A stretch of 64,000 nucleotides of DNA from Squalus acanthias (taxonomy: Eukaryota): positions 174,842,001-174,906,000 of the forward strand of contig CM059425.1 of assembly GCA_030390025.1 (NCBI GenBank), written 5' to 3'. The notes beneath the pieces were generated by a model. It worked only from the letters and a program-made list of their open reading frames with translations. It did no database searches and was not told the origin of the DNA. Position numbers and translations under genes: made by a program. Below are positions 1 to 13,298 of the stretch, piece by piece. The stretch's first letter is position 1. Every line of letters begins with the position of its first letter.

Positions 1-1648
1 ATCGGGGGGGGGAGGAGTGTGAAATATTAGATGAAATAAACATGGTGAGAGAGGAAGTATTAAGGGGTTTAGCAGCTTTAAAAGTGGATAAATCCCCAGG
101 CCCGGATGAAATGTATCCCAGGCTGTTAAGCGAAGCAAAAGAGGAAATAGCAGAGTCCCTGACCATTTTTTCAATCCTCTCTGGCTTCAGGTGTGGTGCT
201 GGAGGACTGCTAATGTGGTACGCTTGTTTAAAAAGTGAGAAAAGGATAGACCGAGTAATTACAGGCCAGTCAGCCTAACCTTGGTGGTGGGAAAATTATT
301 GGAAAGAATTTTGAAGGACAGGATAAATCTTCATTTAGAAAGACACGGATTAATCAAGGATAGTCAGCACGGATTTGTTAAGGGAAGGTTGTGTCTGACA
401 AACTTGACTGAATTTTTTGAGGAGGTAACAAGGAGGGTAAATGAGGGTAGTGCATTTGATGATGTGTATATGGACTTCAGCAAGGCTTTTGATAAGGTTC
501 CACATGGCAGACTGGTCACAAAGTTAAAAGCCCATGGGATCCAGGGCAAAGTGTCAAGTTGGATTCAAAACTGGCTCGGAGACAGGAAGCAGAGGGTAAT
601 GTTTGATGGGTGTTTTTGTGACTGGAAGGCTGTTTCCAGTGGGGTTCCGCAGGGCTCAGTACTAGGTCCCTTGCTTTTTGTGGTATACTTGACTTGAATA
701 TAGGGGGTATGATTAAGAAGTTTGCAGATGATACTAAAATCGGCTGTGTGGTTGATACTGAAGAAGGAAGCTGTAGACTGCAGGAAGATATCAATAAATT
801 GGTCAGGTGGGCAGAACAGTGGCAAATGGAATTCAATCCGGAGAAGTGTGAGGTAATGCATTTGGGGAGGGCTAACAAGGAAAGGGAATACACATTAAAT
901 GGTAGGACACTGAGTAGTGTAGAGGAACAAAGGGACCTTGGAGTGCATGTCCACAGATCCCTGAAGGTAGCAGGCCAAGTAGATAAGGTGGTTAAGAAGG
1001 CATACGGAATGCTTGCCTTATTAGCCGTGGCATAGAATACAAGAGCAGGGGGGTTATGCTTCAACTGTATAAAACACTAGTTAGGCATCAGCTAGACTAC
1101 TGTGTGCAGTTCTGGTCACCACATTACAGGAAAGATGTGATTGTACTAGAGCGGGTACAGAGGAGATTTACAAGGATGTTGCCAGGAGTAGAGAATCTTA
1201 GCTATGAGGAAAGACTGGATAGGCTGGGTCTGTTTTCCTTGGAACAGAGGAGGCTGAGGGGAGACCTTATTGAGGTGTATAAAAATTATGAGGGGCATAG
1301 ATAAAGTGGATAGAAAGGACCTATTTCCCTTACCAGAGGGGTCAAAAACCAGGGGGCACAAATTTAAAGTAATTGGGGCAAGGTTTTGAGGGGCTTTGAG
1401 GGGAAATTTCTTCACCCAGAGGGTTGTGGGGGTCTGGAACTCACTGCCTGTAAGGGTGGTAGAGGCAGAAACCCTAACCACATTTAAAAAGTACTTGGAT
1501 GTGCACTTGGGATGCTGTAACCTGCAGGGCTATGGACCAAGAGCTGGGAAGTGGGATGAGGCTGGATAGCTCTTTGTTGGTCGGCGCGGACACGATGGGC
1601 TGAAATGGCCTCCTTCCGTGCTGTAACTTTCTATCATTCTATGATTTT
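1..1648 (+). mobile_element. CR1 LINE, RT region and 3' end, disrupted (runs off the window start)
   Basis: Frameshifted ORFs contain KSPGPD, SQHGF, YMDFSKAFDKVPH, GVPQGSVLGP, KFADDTK and LERVQRRFTRM. Ends in a CR1-type (ttctat)n-like tail near 1630-1648. Confidence 0.95.
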
Positions 1649-3120
1649 CAATGTGTAAGTAACTACAGTGACAGATTTATTTGGCCTATGTTAAAGACGT
1701 ATTTTCCTACAAATTTTGTTTTTAATCCACTTAGCAAGAAGCTTATTTATTTACAAAGTTTTTAACAGGCTATGTTATGTCTCATTTGATTGAATTGCTA
1801 TTTCTTCGTTTGGGGTCATTGCATCACATATGTTCTGAATCTATTATAATGAATTGTTCATGTTACGTTGTGCTTACAGTGTCAAGTATAAGTGCTATAC
1901 GATAAACCTGAGAGCGCACACTTCAATATATTACTGATTTTTATTATCACCATTATTGAGATTAAACTTTTATTATACTGGGCATTTTCCCAGTTCTTTT
2001 TTTCTATTTGGCCTTTTGGTGTTACAAGATACAATATATAATGTCTTTTCACTATTCAAGAAAACTTCAGATTTTGTTCTGTAATCTGTTGGGTGGTGTC
2101 TAAATGAGTTTGAAGGGTTCAAGAGAAGATGCTTAATAGTATGTACCCTCTTAATACAGCTCTTTTTATTATTTTTCTTAGGAAGTTTCCAGTGTAAAAA
2201 AAAAATCCATGTTGGGGGAGATGAGGTAGAGATGAAATTAGACTTTGCATTTGAAATTGAGTATGAAATTCAACATTCCCAAATTTTCAACAAAAACTTT
2301 TTAAATTTAGTCTCTTAATAATTCTAATTAAGTGTTTTTTATTACTATTTTATACCTTAAAAGAGGGGGCAACCTGTTCCAACCCTTGATTTACCAGAAA
2401 ACTATGCAAATACATCTGTGATCTGTTGTATATTAAATTAAGTATGTGGCATTTGTGTTTTTATTGAAAATTCATTATTAAGTACCTGCAAGACACGTGG
2501 TGGGCCTTGTCTCTGTTGCAGATGTCATGCTGTGTGACACACAGTATCTGCTATTTTAAAGTAAGTGTACACTAGTCTGTGATTGTGCAGTCTGGCCACT
2601 GGGTTCCCACAAATTGATCAAAATGTTTTCTGCATTTTTTTTGCATCTGCCACTTTTTTTTCTGTATCTGAAATCTCTGGTGTCCAAATAAGGATTTAAA
2701 ATTTAAAAATCACATCTGTCACAATTAAATGTATCTCTTGTACTTTTAATGCCTTCAGTATATATTTTACTTGAAGGCCTCAGCCTCTCCAAAATGCTTG
2801 GGCTTGAACTTGATATTGTGACTGAATTTGGATTGTGCAGTGGGAACACCATTAATGTGCCTAATTTCCCAGGATGCATCAATACCGTTTAGCCAGCTGC
2901 CTTGATGGAATATTTTTCTTTAGATTCAAGCGCTTTCTACTCAGTAGCTTTACTTAAAGAATTTTGACAAACAAGATTAATTTCAAAAGCTTGAGGTAAA
3001 ATTTATATATTTTTTAAAGTGTATGTATGAAAATTTCTAGAGGGGGTAGAAGAGTCTTCATGTTAATAGTTCAGTTTACAACTAATTGCCTCGCCGATGT
3101 ATTCTGTTTTTTAAAAAAAA

Positions 3121-3692
3121 AGGATGCGACTGCTGCCAACGAACCGGAAGCGGACTGCGCATGCGCACTGCCGGTTCGTCACGGGAGTACGTTCGTTAAA
3201 AACATTTTTGAATGCCGCGCGAGAACGGGTTGTGAGGGAAAAATGCCAGGAGAGATCAGGCTGTGAGGAAAAATGCCGGGAGAGGGCGGGCTGTGAGGAA
3301 AAATGCTGGGAGAGATCAGGCTGTGAGGAAAAATGCCGGGAGAGATCAGGCTGTGAGGAAAAATGCCGGGAGAGGGCGGGTTGTGAGGAAAAATGCCGGG
3401 AGTGGGCGGGCTGTGAGGAAAAATGCCGGGAGAGGGCGGGTGTGAGGAAAAATGCCGGGAGAGGGCGGGTTGTGAGGAAAAATGCCGGGAGAGGGCGGGC
3501 TGTGAGGAAAAATGTCGGGAGAGGGCGGGCTGTGACGAAAAATGCCGGGAGAGATTGGGATGCGAGGAAAATGCTGGGAGGGAGCGGGCTGTGAGGAAAA
3601 ATGCTCTGTTGGAACAAAAATAAGCTTCTGGTTCCAGATTACTGCGCAGTACACTTCTGCGCAGCTTCCGGTCGTTGACAGGAGTCACTCCG
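3121..3692. mobile_element. Putative non-autonomous DNA transposon (Kolobok-like) enclosing a minisatellite
   Basis: Imperfect ~30-bp inverted repeats: ggatgcgactgctgccaacgaaccggaagc (from 3122) and gcttccggtcgttgacaggagtcactcc (3664-3691). TTAA at 3693-3696 and ttaa(A)n just left of 3121. Confidence 0.5.
3228..3605. repeat. 30-bp minisatellite, ~12-13 copies (ggctgtgaggaaaaatgccgggagagggcg)
   Basis: Tandem units read directly, with two variants (gagatca / gagggcg) and one 29-bp unit. Confidence 0.97.
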
Positions 3693-4156
3693 TTAAAAAA
3701 AAGCCATTGTTAATTATTGCTTATACCTGTGTGTGTTTGTGAGAGAGACACGGATGTACTGGGGTCAGAGAGAGGGGGGCGAAACAGTGAGATAAATATG
3801 CCTTTCTTAATTAAATGTTCAATTTTCAAAAAAAAAAGTTGAATTTTGAAGCCAATCTATCATCTCACCTGTGTTTTGTTGACAGCCAAAACAGGACAAT
3901 GCTAATTGCTTATACAGAGATCCAAATAGAAAGGCAAGCAGGTAGTTTCTTTACTCATTCTAATTTGATTTCTTTATTTTAAAAGTGGAATTTTGAAAGC
4001 AAATAATGCTCTTTGTGGGAAATGGATAAGAATAGCGAGTAGGAGAGGACAGGGGAATTGGAAAATGCGTTGAAAGTAAAGTCTTTTGTCACCTGCTCTT
4101 GGGGGTGCAGGGGGAAATGTATGGAGGTTTAAGGGTGAGGTGAGTGACTGACGATA

Positions 4157-4550
4157 CGGTAGTGTAATGGTTATGTTACTGCACTCATTATCCAGAGGCA
4201 TGGACTAATAATGCAGTAAATGAGATCAAATCTCACCATGGCAATTTGAGAATTTGAGTTCAGTTTTAAAAAAGCCTTGATATTTTTTCTTAGAATAACA
4301 GTTGTTATCAATGAAAGTGACCATGAAGATGTTGGATTGTTGTAAAAACCCAGCTGGTTCACCAACGTCCTTTAGGGAAGGAATCCTGCCATCCTTACTT
4401 GGTCTGGCCTACAGGTGATCCAGTCCCCCACCAACGTGGTTGACTCTTATCTGCCCTCCTGAAGAGGCGTAGCAAACCACTCAGTTGTATCTCAGTGCAA
4501 CAGGGATAGGCAATAAATGCTGGCCTTGCCAATGATGCCCAGTGATCCCA
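4157..4550 (+). mobile_element. SINE with a tRNA-like head and a CR1-derived 3' tail
   Basis: Head ggtagtgtaatggtt...atcaaatctcacca. Tail gggataggcaataaatgctggccttgcc matches the 3' end of the LINE at 6556-6610 (minus). Second copy at 30706. Confidence 0.7.
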
Positions 4551-4559
4551 AAGCTTTTA

Positions 4560-5130
4560 AAATACTAACAGGAGGAGGACGTTTTATGAACATCCACATC
4601 CTCAATCATGGTGGAGCCCAGCAAGAAACAAAACTGAAGTGTTTGCAATTGTCTTTTGCTACACGTGCTGAGTGGATGATCCGACTTGGCTTCCTCCCAA
4701 GGTCCTCACCATCATAGATATTTGTATTCAGTTCCCTCTACGTCACATTAAGAAACAGTTACGTGCATTGGACACAGCAAAGGCTATGGACTCTGACAGC
4801 ATCCGGGCGGTAATGCCAAAGAACTGTGTATCAAAACTAGCCGCTCCTATAGGCAAGCTGTTGGAGTATGTCTATGACACTGGCATCTACCCAACAATAT
4901 GGATGATTGCGCAGGTATGTCATGTCCGCAAAAAGCAGCACATAATCTAACCTTCCAATTGCAATCCTGTCGGCCTCCTCCCAGTCATCTGGAAAGTGAT
5001 TGAAGAAGTCATCAATAATGCCACCAATTGACACCTCGTCACTAATAGCCTGCTCATCGATGGTCAGTTAGGATTCTGCCACAACCACTGGGCTCCAGAC
5101 TTCTTCAGTCTTAATCCAGACGTGGCTGCA
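4560..5130 (+). mobile_element. Degraded CR1-group LINE ORF2 fragment
   Basis: NIHILNHGGAQ and LRALDTAKAMDSDSI...GIYPTIWMIAQVCHVRKK, homologous to the 8270-8730 minus-strand copy. Confidence 0.85.
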
Positions 5131-5489
5131 TGGTTTTCAGTATTTGGCATATTCAATATTCAGTATGCAGAAACAGAGAGATCGGAGTTGGCGAGAGTAG
5201 ACGTTAAATGTGGAAAGAATTTTGAGAGAGATTTGCTTTGAGACAGTGATGCCAGTGTTTGTGTTTTTGGCTCAAATTTCTCAAGAAACAATCATTTTTT
5301 GCGCTGTGTACACATTTAAAACATGATGCGCCCCATATTTAAGACATTTTATTATTCATAATTTAGATGGATTGATGGAGCATGTAACTAATTTCCAAAA
5401 AGTTTATTTTCCTTTCTACAAGCACAGAGGTAATAGTATTTTATATGGAAATACAAACCAATTGTGAATGTGAAATGCATCACACTATT

Positions 5490-5945
5490 CTTCCCCCAGC
5501 GTCGCCTTGGCCTTCTCTTCTCTTCTCTCTCCCCCCCCGGCCTCCCAACCCCAGTGTCGCTCTGGCCTTGGCCCAGTGTCGCCCCCCCCCCCCCCCCAGC
5601 GTCGCCCTGGCCTTCTCTTCCCCCAGTGTCGCGCTGGCCTTCTCTTCCCCCAGTGTCGCGCTTCCCTGTCTCTCTTCTCTTTCTCCCCCCGCCCCCCCAG
5701 CGTCGTTCTGGCCTCCTTCCCCCTCAGCGGCTCCTTGGCCTCGCCCCCCCCCCCCCCCCCCCCTCAGTGTCGCCCTGGCCTTCCCCCCCCGTGTCACCCT
5801 GGCCTTCCCCCTCCTCCAGCGTCTCACTCCCCCTTCCCACCCCCAGCGTCGAGCTCCCCTCCCCCCCCGCGTCGCATCCCCCACTCACAGCGTCGCGCTC
5901 CCCTTCTCCACCCCAGCGTCGCCCTAGCCTTACCCCAGCGTCGCA
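5490..5945. repeat. Degenerate C-rich minisatellite (ccccagYgtcgcYctggccttc core)
   Basis: Core repeats more than 10 times with variable C/T spacers. Confidence 0.9.
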
Positions 5946-6555
5946 CTCATCAGCACGAGTCATGGTACATCGACAAAGAGCGGAGACCAGGGCTACCTTT
6001 TTTTCCTTCTCTCCCCTCTCCCTAACCCAACGGTACTGAGGCAAATTGGAACACCCATATTTCCATTTTTTCTCTGGTGCTTTTAGTGTCCGCAAAGAGC
6101 CTTCTCCGTTTACACCCTTTGGAAAAACAGCTTTATTGAAAAGATTACAATGGCTCGCACTCAGCTAGTCACAATGATGGATGGTGATGTCCCTATTGGT
6201 AACTGTTTAAGATGTGCATCAGTAAACAGTTACCATAATTGTTTATGCACTCACTTCCTCCTCCTCTTCTTAAGTGGACGACATAGGCCCCTTTTAAGAT
6301 TATTTCTGATTGCCATAGCAAAAAAAATTGATGACTGCTTGATGTGTTGTTGCCAAACCGCAGTGTTCTCGAAAGACTAGACATTCATAATAAGTTGACC
6401 AGTATTGCAGCAGAAGTAGGATAAGTATTTCCTATTACTAAAACTTAATATTCTGCAGAAATAGAAATCATTTGGAAAAATGTGTCTGTACTTGGGATAA
6501 ATACAAGTTTAAGGATGATGGGGAGCAGACTAAATTACAACTTAAAAAAAAAATT

Positions 6556-9200
6556 CATTCATGGATGCGGGCATCACTGGCAAGGCCAGCATTTATTGCC
6601 CATCCCTAATTGCCCTTGAGAAGGTGGTGGTGAGCCACCGCCTTGAACTGCTGCCGTCCGTGTGGTGAAGGTACTCCCACAGTGCTGTTAGGTAGGGAGT
6701 TCCAGGATTTTGACCCAGCAACGATGAAGGAACGGTGATGCATTTCCAAGTCAGGATGGCGTGTAACTTGGAGGTGGTGGTGTTTCCATGCACCTGTTGC
6801 CCTTGTCCTTCTAGGTGGTAGAGGTCGCGGGTTTGGGAGGTGCTGTCGAAGAAGTCTTGGCGAGTTGCTGCAGTGCATCTTGTCGATGGTACACACTGCA
6901 GCCACGGTACGTCGGTGGTGGAGGGAGTGAATGTTTAAGGTGGTGGATGGGGTGCCAATCAAGCGGGCTGCTTTGTCCTGGATGGTGTCAAGCTTCTTGA
7001 ATATTGTTGGAGCTGCACTCATCCAGGCGAGTGGAGAGTATTCCATCACACTCCTGACTTGTGCCTTGTAGTTGGTGGAAAAGCTTTGGGAACATAAGAA
7101 CATAAGAAATAGGAGCAGGAGTAGGCCATTCGGCCCCTCGAGCCTGCCCCGCCATTCAATAAGATCATGGCTGATCTGATCTTGGCCTCAACGCCACTTC
7201 CCCTGCCCGCTTCCCATAACCCTTGACTCCCTGTAGCTCAAATATATGTGTCTCTCCACCGTGAATATATTCAATGACTCCGCCTCCACAGCTCTCTGGG
7301 ATAGAGAATTCCAAAGATTCACGACCCTCAGAGAAGAAATTCCTCCTCATCTCCGTTTTAAATGTGCGACCCCTTATCCTGAAACTGTGCCCACTAGTTC
7401 TAGATTCCCCCACGAGGGGAAACATCCTCCCTGCATCTACCCTGTCAAGCCCCCTCAGAATCTTATATGTTTCAATAAGATCACCTCTCATTCTTCTAAA
7501 CTCCAATGAGTATAGTCCCAACCTTTCTTCATAAGACAACCCATTCATCTCAGGAAGTCAGGAAGTGAGTCACTCGCCGCAGAATATCTAGCCTCTGACC
7601 TGCTCTTGTAGCCACAGTATTTATGTGGCTGGTTCAGTTAAGTTTCTGGTCAATGGTGACCCCCCAGGATGTTGATGGTGGGAGATTCGACGATGATAAT
7701 GCCGTTGAATATGAAGGGGAGCTGGTTAGACTCTCTCTTGTTGGAGATGGTCATTGCCTGGCACTTGTGTGGCACGAATGTTACTTGCCATTTATCAGCC
7801 CAAGCCTGAATATTGTCCAGGTCTTGCTGCATGTGGGCACGGACTGCTTCATTATCTGAGGATTCGCAAATGGAACTGAACACTGTGCAATCATCAGCGA
7901 GCATCCCCACTTCTGACCTTATGAATGAGGGAAGATCATTGATGAAGCAACTGAAGATGGTTGGGCCTAGGATGCTACCCTGAGGAACTCCGACAGCGAG
8001 ATGATTGGCCTCCAACAACCACAACCATCTTCCTTTGTGCTAGGTATGACTCCAGCCAGTGGAGAGTTCTCCCCCTGATTCCGATTGACTTCAGTTTTAC
8101 TAGGGCTCCTTGATGCCATGCTCGGTCAAATGCTGCCTTGATGTCAAGGGCAGTCACTCTCACCTCACCTCTGGAATTCAGATCTTTTGTCTGTGTTTGG
8201 ATCAAGGCTGTAATGAGGTCCAGAGCCGAGTAGTCCTGGCGGAACCAAAACTGAGCATCGGTGAGCAGGTTATTGGAGAGTAAGTGCCGCTTGATAGCAC
8301 TGTCGGCGACCCCTTCCATCACTTTGCTGATGATTGGTCAGATTGGATTTGTCCTGCTTTTTGTGGACAGGACATACCTGGGCAATTTTCCACTTTGTCG
8401 GGTAGATGCCAGTGTTGTAGCTGCAATGGAACAGCTTGGGTCGAGGCGTGGCTCGTTCCGGAGCACAAGTCTTTAGCACGACAGCTGGGATGTTGTCGGA
8501 GCCCAAAACCTTTGCTGTATTCAGTGCGCTCAGCTGTTTCTTGATATTATGTGGCGTGGATCTAATTGGCTGAAGACTGGTTTCTGTAATGGTGACGACC
8601 TTAGGAGGGAGGCCAAGATGAATCATCCATTTGGCACTTCTGGCTGAAGATGGTTGCAAATGCTCCAGCTTCGTCTTTTGCACTTGTGTGCTGGGCTCCG
8701 CCATCATTGAGGATGGGGATGTTCATGTAGTCCTGTGTTGCAGCTTCACCAGGTTGGCAACTCATTTTTAGGTACGCTTGGTGCTGCTCCTGGCATGCTC
8801 TTCTACTCTCCTCATTGAACCAGGGTTGGTTCCCTGGCTTGATGGTAATGGTAGAGTGAGGGATATGCCGGGCCATGAGATTACAGATTGTGGTGGACTA
8901 CAATTCTGCTGCTGCTGATGACCCACAATGCCTCATGGATGCCCAGTTTTGGGCTGTTAGATCTGTTCTGAATCTATCCCATTTAGCGTGATGATGCCAC
9001 ACAACACGATGGAGGAAGTCCTCAATATGAAGCCGGGACTTCGTCTCCACAAGGACTTTGCAGTGGTCACTGCTACCAATACTGTCATGGACAGATGCAT
9101 CTGCGGCAGGTAGATTGGTGAGGACAAGTAGGTTTTTCCCCTCACGTTGGTTCTCTCACCAACTGCCGCAAGCCCAATCTGGCAGCTATGTTCTTCAGGA
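6556..9200 (-). mobile_element. CR1-group LINE ORF2 (endonuclease end, RT, 3' end), disrupted and interrupted
   Basis: ALDIKAAFDRAWH, GVPQGSILGP, MLADDCT and YKAQVRSVMEYSPLAW spread across frameshifted ORFs. 3' tail at ~6556. Confidence 0.93.
7091..7552 (-). mobile_element. 5'-truncated CR1 of another subfamily, nested in the preceding LINE
   Basis: Tail aacataagaacataagaaatagg and LSYEERLGLYSLEFRRMRGDL. Host sequence resumes at ~7553. Confidence 0.9.
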
Positions 9201-9419
9201 CTCTTGCCAACTCATTTTTTGATTGTTGCTGTTCTGGTTACTGATGCTCATGTTTTATTTTTAGATCAGGTATATGGAGAGTAATTGCTGAAGTAAATAA
9301 TATGTGTTGTCTTGTTCATGTGCCAGCCTAATATATGTAGCCATGTGAGAAACAATTAACTGAAATTTCTGAAGAAACAATTGCATTTTAACATTTTTGA
9401 ACACACTTTTAATCTGCTT

Positions 9420-12350
9420 GGCCGCTCCCTCTCCTCCAGCTTTGATGCCCTTATTCCCAGTAAAGCCCCTACACTATCCCACCCGAGTCATTCCATCTGA
9501 TATGGCCCGTATCTTTACTCCCTCAAGTCCAAGGTGCGCAGACTCGAGCATATCTGGTGCGCAACTGGTTTAGCCATCCATCACGAGATCTGCCTGAACC
9601 ACATTAAGCACCATCAGGCCCTGCTTCCCTCTGCCAAAACTGCTCACTGCTCTCCATGATGTTCCTGGAGTAAAGATAACCATTGGCTTCTTTTCTCCAC
9701 TGCCAACAGTCTCCTTAAACCCCTCTTCCCTGCAACTCTACCCTCCCCTCCAACCAGTGTGAGGGACTCATGGACTTCTCTGTCAGTACGATTGAGACCA
9801 AGTTTCCCCTTCCTCTAGCCCAGAACTCACTTCTTTCTCAAATTTTTCTCCACTCTCCCTTCCTTCATGCCCTTGCCAAGCTCATTTGGCCTATGAGACC
9901 ATCTCCTGCTCTCTTGACCCCATTGCCACAGAACTGCTAACCGCCCAGTTTCCCTTCCTGGTAACCGTGCTCGCTGACCTCAGAAACTTTTCATTGGGTA
10001 CTGTTCCTCCTAAATTGCTGACCACCCAACTTCCCTTCCTGGCTCCCATGTTAGTGGATATTATTAATGGTTCTCTCTCCTCAGGTATTGTCCCCCTTTC
10101 CTTCAAATCTTCTGTCATCACCCCTTCCTTAAAAAAACAACCCATGACCCCACTGTCCTTGCAAACTATCGCCCCATCTCCAACCTCCCTTTCCTCTCAA
10201 GTCCTTGAACGTATTGTCGCCTCCCAAATCTGTGCCCATCTTTCCCACAACTGCTTGTTTGAATCCCTCCAATCAGGCTTCCGCTCCTGCCACAGTACTG
10301 AAACTGCTCTTACCAAGGTCAAAAATGACATCCTAATTGATTGCGACAAATCCCTTCTTGTTCTTCTGGACCTGTCTGCAGCCTTTGACACGGTTGACCA
10401 CAAATTTCTGCACCTCTCCACTGTTGTCCAGCTGGATGGGACTGCAGTCGCCTGGTTTAATTCCTTTCTTTCCAGCCGAAACCATAGAGTCACCTCCAAT
10501 GGCTTCTTTTCCCGATCCCACACTGTCACCAGTGGTGTCCCCCAAGGATCTATCCTTGGCTCCCTCCTATTTCTCATCTACATGCTGCCCCTCGGTGACA
10601 TCATCCGGCAACACAACGTGAGTTTTCACATGTATGGTGATGATACCCAGCTCTACCTCTCCTCCACCTCTCTCGAACCCTCCACCGTCTCTATATTATC
10701 AGACTGCTTGTCCGACATCCAGCACTGGATGAGTAGAAATTTCCTCCAATTAAATATTAGGAAGACCGAAGCCATTGTCTTCAGTTCTGCCACAATCTCT
10801 GTTCCCTTTCCACTGATTCGATGGGGGTGATTTTATCAATGGGGACGTGATGGAGGCGGGAAAGCTGCTTGTTGGGTTTTAGTCCCGCCTCCATCAACGT
10901 CTGGCCAACCCACGCTATTTTCCCTTGATTGGCCTTGCTAAGCCCGGCCAGCGGGCATAGCTGGCCAATTAAGGGAAAGCCGGTGACAGATGACATCAGC
11001 GAATGACGTTTTATCTGTCAAGATTTTTTGACAGATGAATTGTCCTCGTTTGACAGCTCTGTGAAGCTGTCAAACACTGACAAATCTGTCTTCTAAGTTG
11101 AGACCTAGGACATAGGCTTACTTAGAAAGCTTTCCTGAGCAGAAAGCAGAAGGCTGCTGCATTTAAGAATGCAGCGGCCATTCTACTTTCTCTGCCGGTG
11201 AGATGAGGCAGCTCCGCAGCCTAACGGGATGAAGCCTGGAGGAAGAAGCAAAGGTAAGTAATCTTATTAAAACACTTTTGACTCACCTCACACACTTACC
11301 TCTCCACACTTGCACTCATCACTCACCTGCACACCGGACATTTCAGCCCCTCCGACCCCCGTAGACCCACGGCTTTCCTCACTGACCCTGGCGCGGTTCG
11401 GAGCCGTCGGGAAGCCCACACTTTAGGGCTCAAAATAGGGATTAGCCAAAAAACTGCCTGTTAACTACCTGTTAACAGGCAGTTAATTGGCACTAATCCC
11501 CTTCCCGCCTCGGAGACGGGACCTGGCGCGGGTTGGGTACCCGCCTCCTGGGAAGATGGCACGGGGGCGGGATGGGTACCCGCTCCCAGATTCTGCCATT
11601 TTCCAGGCAGACCCGCCTCCCCAGGGCTGGGAAAATCGCCCCCAATCTCTCTCCCCAGCAGCTGTTTAAGGCTGACCAAGCCTGTTCGCAACCTTGATGT
11701 CATATTTGATCTCGAATTGAGCTTCCTATTTCATATCAGTTCTATCACTAAGACCTCCCATTTTCACCCTGGTAATATCGTCCATCTCCGCCCTTCCTCA
11801 ACTTATCTGCTGCTGAAAGCCTCATCGCTGCCTTTATCACCTCTAGACTTGACTATTCAAACGCACTCCTGGCCGGCCTCCCTACTTCTACCCTCCATAA
11901 ACTGGATGTCATCCAAAACTCTGCCGCCTATGAGCTAACTTGCACCAAGTCTTGCTCACCCATCTCCCCTGTACTTGCTGACCTACATTGGCTCTGATTA
12001 AGCAATGCTTCGGATTTTAAAGTTCTCATCCTTGTTTTCAAATCCCTCCATGGCCTTGCCCCTCCTTATCTCTGTAATCTCCTCCAGCTCTATAATCCTG
12101 CTAGACCGCTGCGCTCTGCCTATTGTGGCCTTTTAAACAGCCCCGATTTTAAATGCTCCACCTTTGGTGGTCATGCCTTCAGCTGCCTAGGTGCGAAGCT
12201 CTGGATTTCCCTTCCAAATTCTCTCCGCCTTTCCACTTCTCTTTCCTCCTTTAAGACGCTCCTTAAAACCTACCTCTTTGACCAAGCTTTTGGTCATCTA
12301 CCCTAACAATTCCTTATATGGCTCGGTGTCAAATTTTGTGTTTTTTTTCA
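9420..12350 (+). mobile_element. L2 LINE ORF2 and 3' end, disrupted and interrupted by a MITE
   Basis: LQSGFRSCHSTETAL, LLDLSAAFDTVDH, GVPQGSILG, HMYGDDTQLY, then the L2-type C-terminus (LKTYLFDQAF region). Confidence 0.92.
10823..11643. mobile_element. MITE, PIF/Harbinger-like
   Basis: TIRs GGGGGTGATTTT / AAAATCGCCCCC with 3-bp flanks gat/aat. Host L2 continues seamlessly on both sides. Confidence 0.8.
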
Positions 12351-12369
12351 TAACATTCCTGTTGATATG

Positions 12370-12805
12370 CAGCTCAATCTCTCCACCATCTCTCTTTACC
12401 CCTGTCAAGATTCCTTGTCCAGGATAAGCCACAATTTCCTCCAGTTAAACATTGGGAAGACTAAAGCTATCGTTGTTGGCCCCTGCCATAAATGCGATAC
12501 CATCACCACCGATTCCATCTCCTTTCCTGGCCATTGTTTCAGACTATTTGCAGTCTTGGCGTTTTATTCGACCTGAGCTGAGCTTCCGACCCCATATCCT
12601 CTGCATCAAGACCGCCTATTTGCAGCTTTGTAACATCACCAGCCTGTGCCCCTGCCTCAGACCATCTGCCGCTGAAATCCTCATCCGTGCTTCTGTCACT
12701 TACAGGCTCAACTATTCCAATGCTCTCCTGATTGGTCTCTCATCCTCCACACTGTAAACTTCAGCTCATTCAAAATTGGATTGCCTGTATCTTATCCCGC
12801 ATCAG
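12370..12805 (+). mobile_element. Second L2 fragment
   Basis: NFLQLNIGKTKAI, ELSFRPHI and RLNYSNALLIG. Confidence 0.85.
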
Positions 12806-13298
12806 TTGTTGGTCAGCTTACTTTTAATAAAGAGTTGCAGAATAGTAACACCAAAACTTACAGTACAAGATATCTAGAATGCTAGAAAGGCCTTTTCTCA
12901 AAAATCAACCATATCTGGCTGTAAATAACTATTGTACAGTCCAGAGGCAAAGCAGGCTGAAAGAAGAAGTGGGCACAAAGTTGCCTGCTATAGATCAACT
13001 CCACATGCATGGACTTTTAGGAAGGGAAAGCTTAGAGTCTGCAACGCTCTATAAAATCATGTATGGCAGTGATTAAATAATATAGAAAATCCATTTTCAA
13101 AAAAATGGTCAGCAGCTTAAAAAAGACAAGTGGCAGCCCTCATTTTCAACCCCATGCAGCTTTGTGTGAACTGCAGCTCTATAACAATTTTTTTTAATTA
13201 AGTGGGTTGTAATAGTGGTCAACTACAAGGTGGATAACAATGCTGAGGAAGATAACCATTTGTACAATGTGATTTTAGCATTTGCTTGCACCCAGAGG

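Noticed and set aside
516..1481. Antisense ORFs over LINEs (many in the window)
   Set aside because: Shadow frames of CR1/L2 ORF2.
3111..3742. Repetitive Cys/Glu ORFs and CRISPR-like periodicity
   Set aside because: Tandem units without unique spacers in a vertebrate context; the ORFs are repeat artefacts.
5445..6095. Pro-rich ORFs
   Set aside because: Low-complexity repeat.
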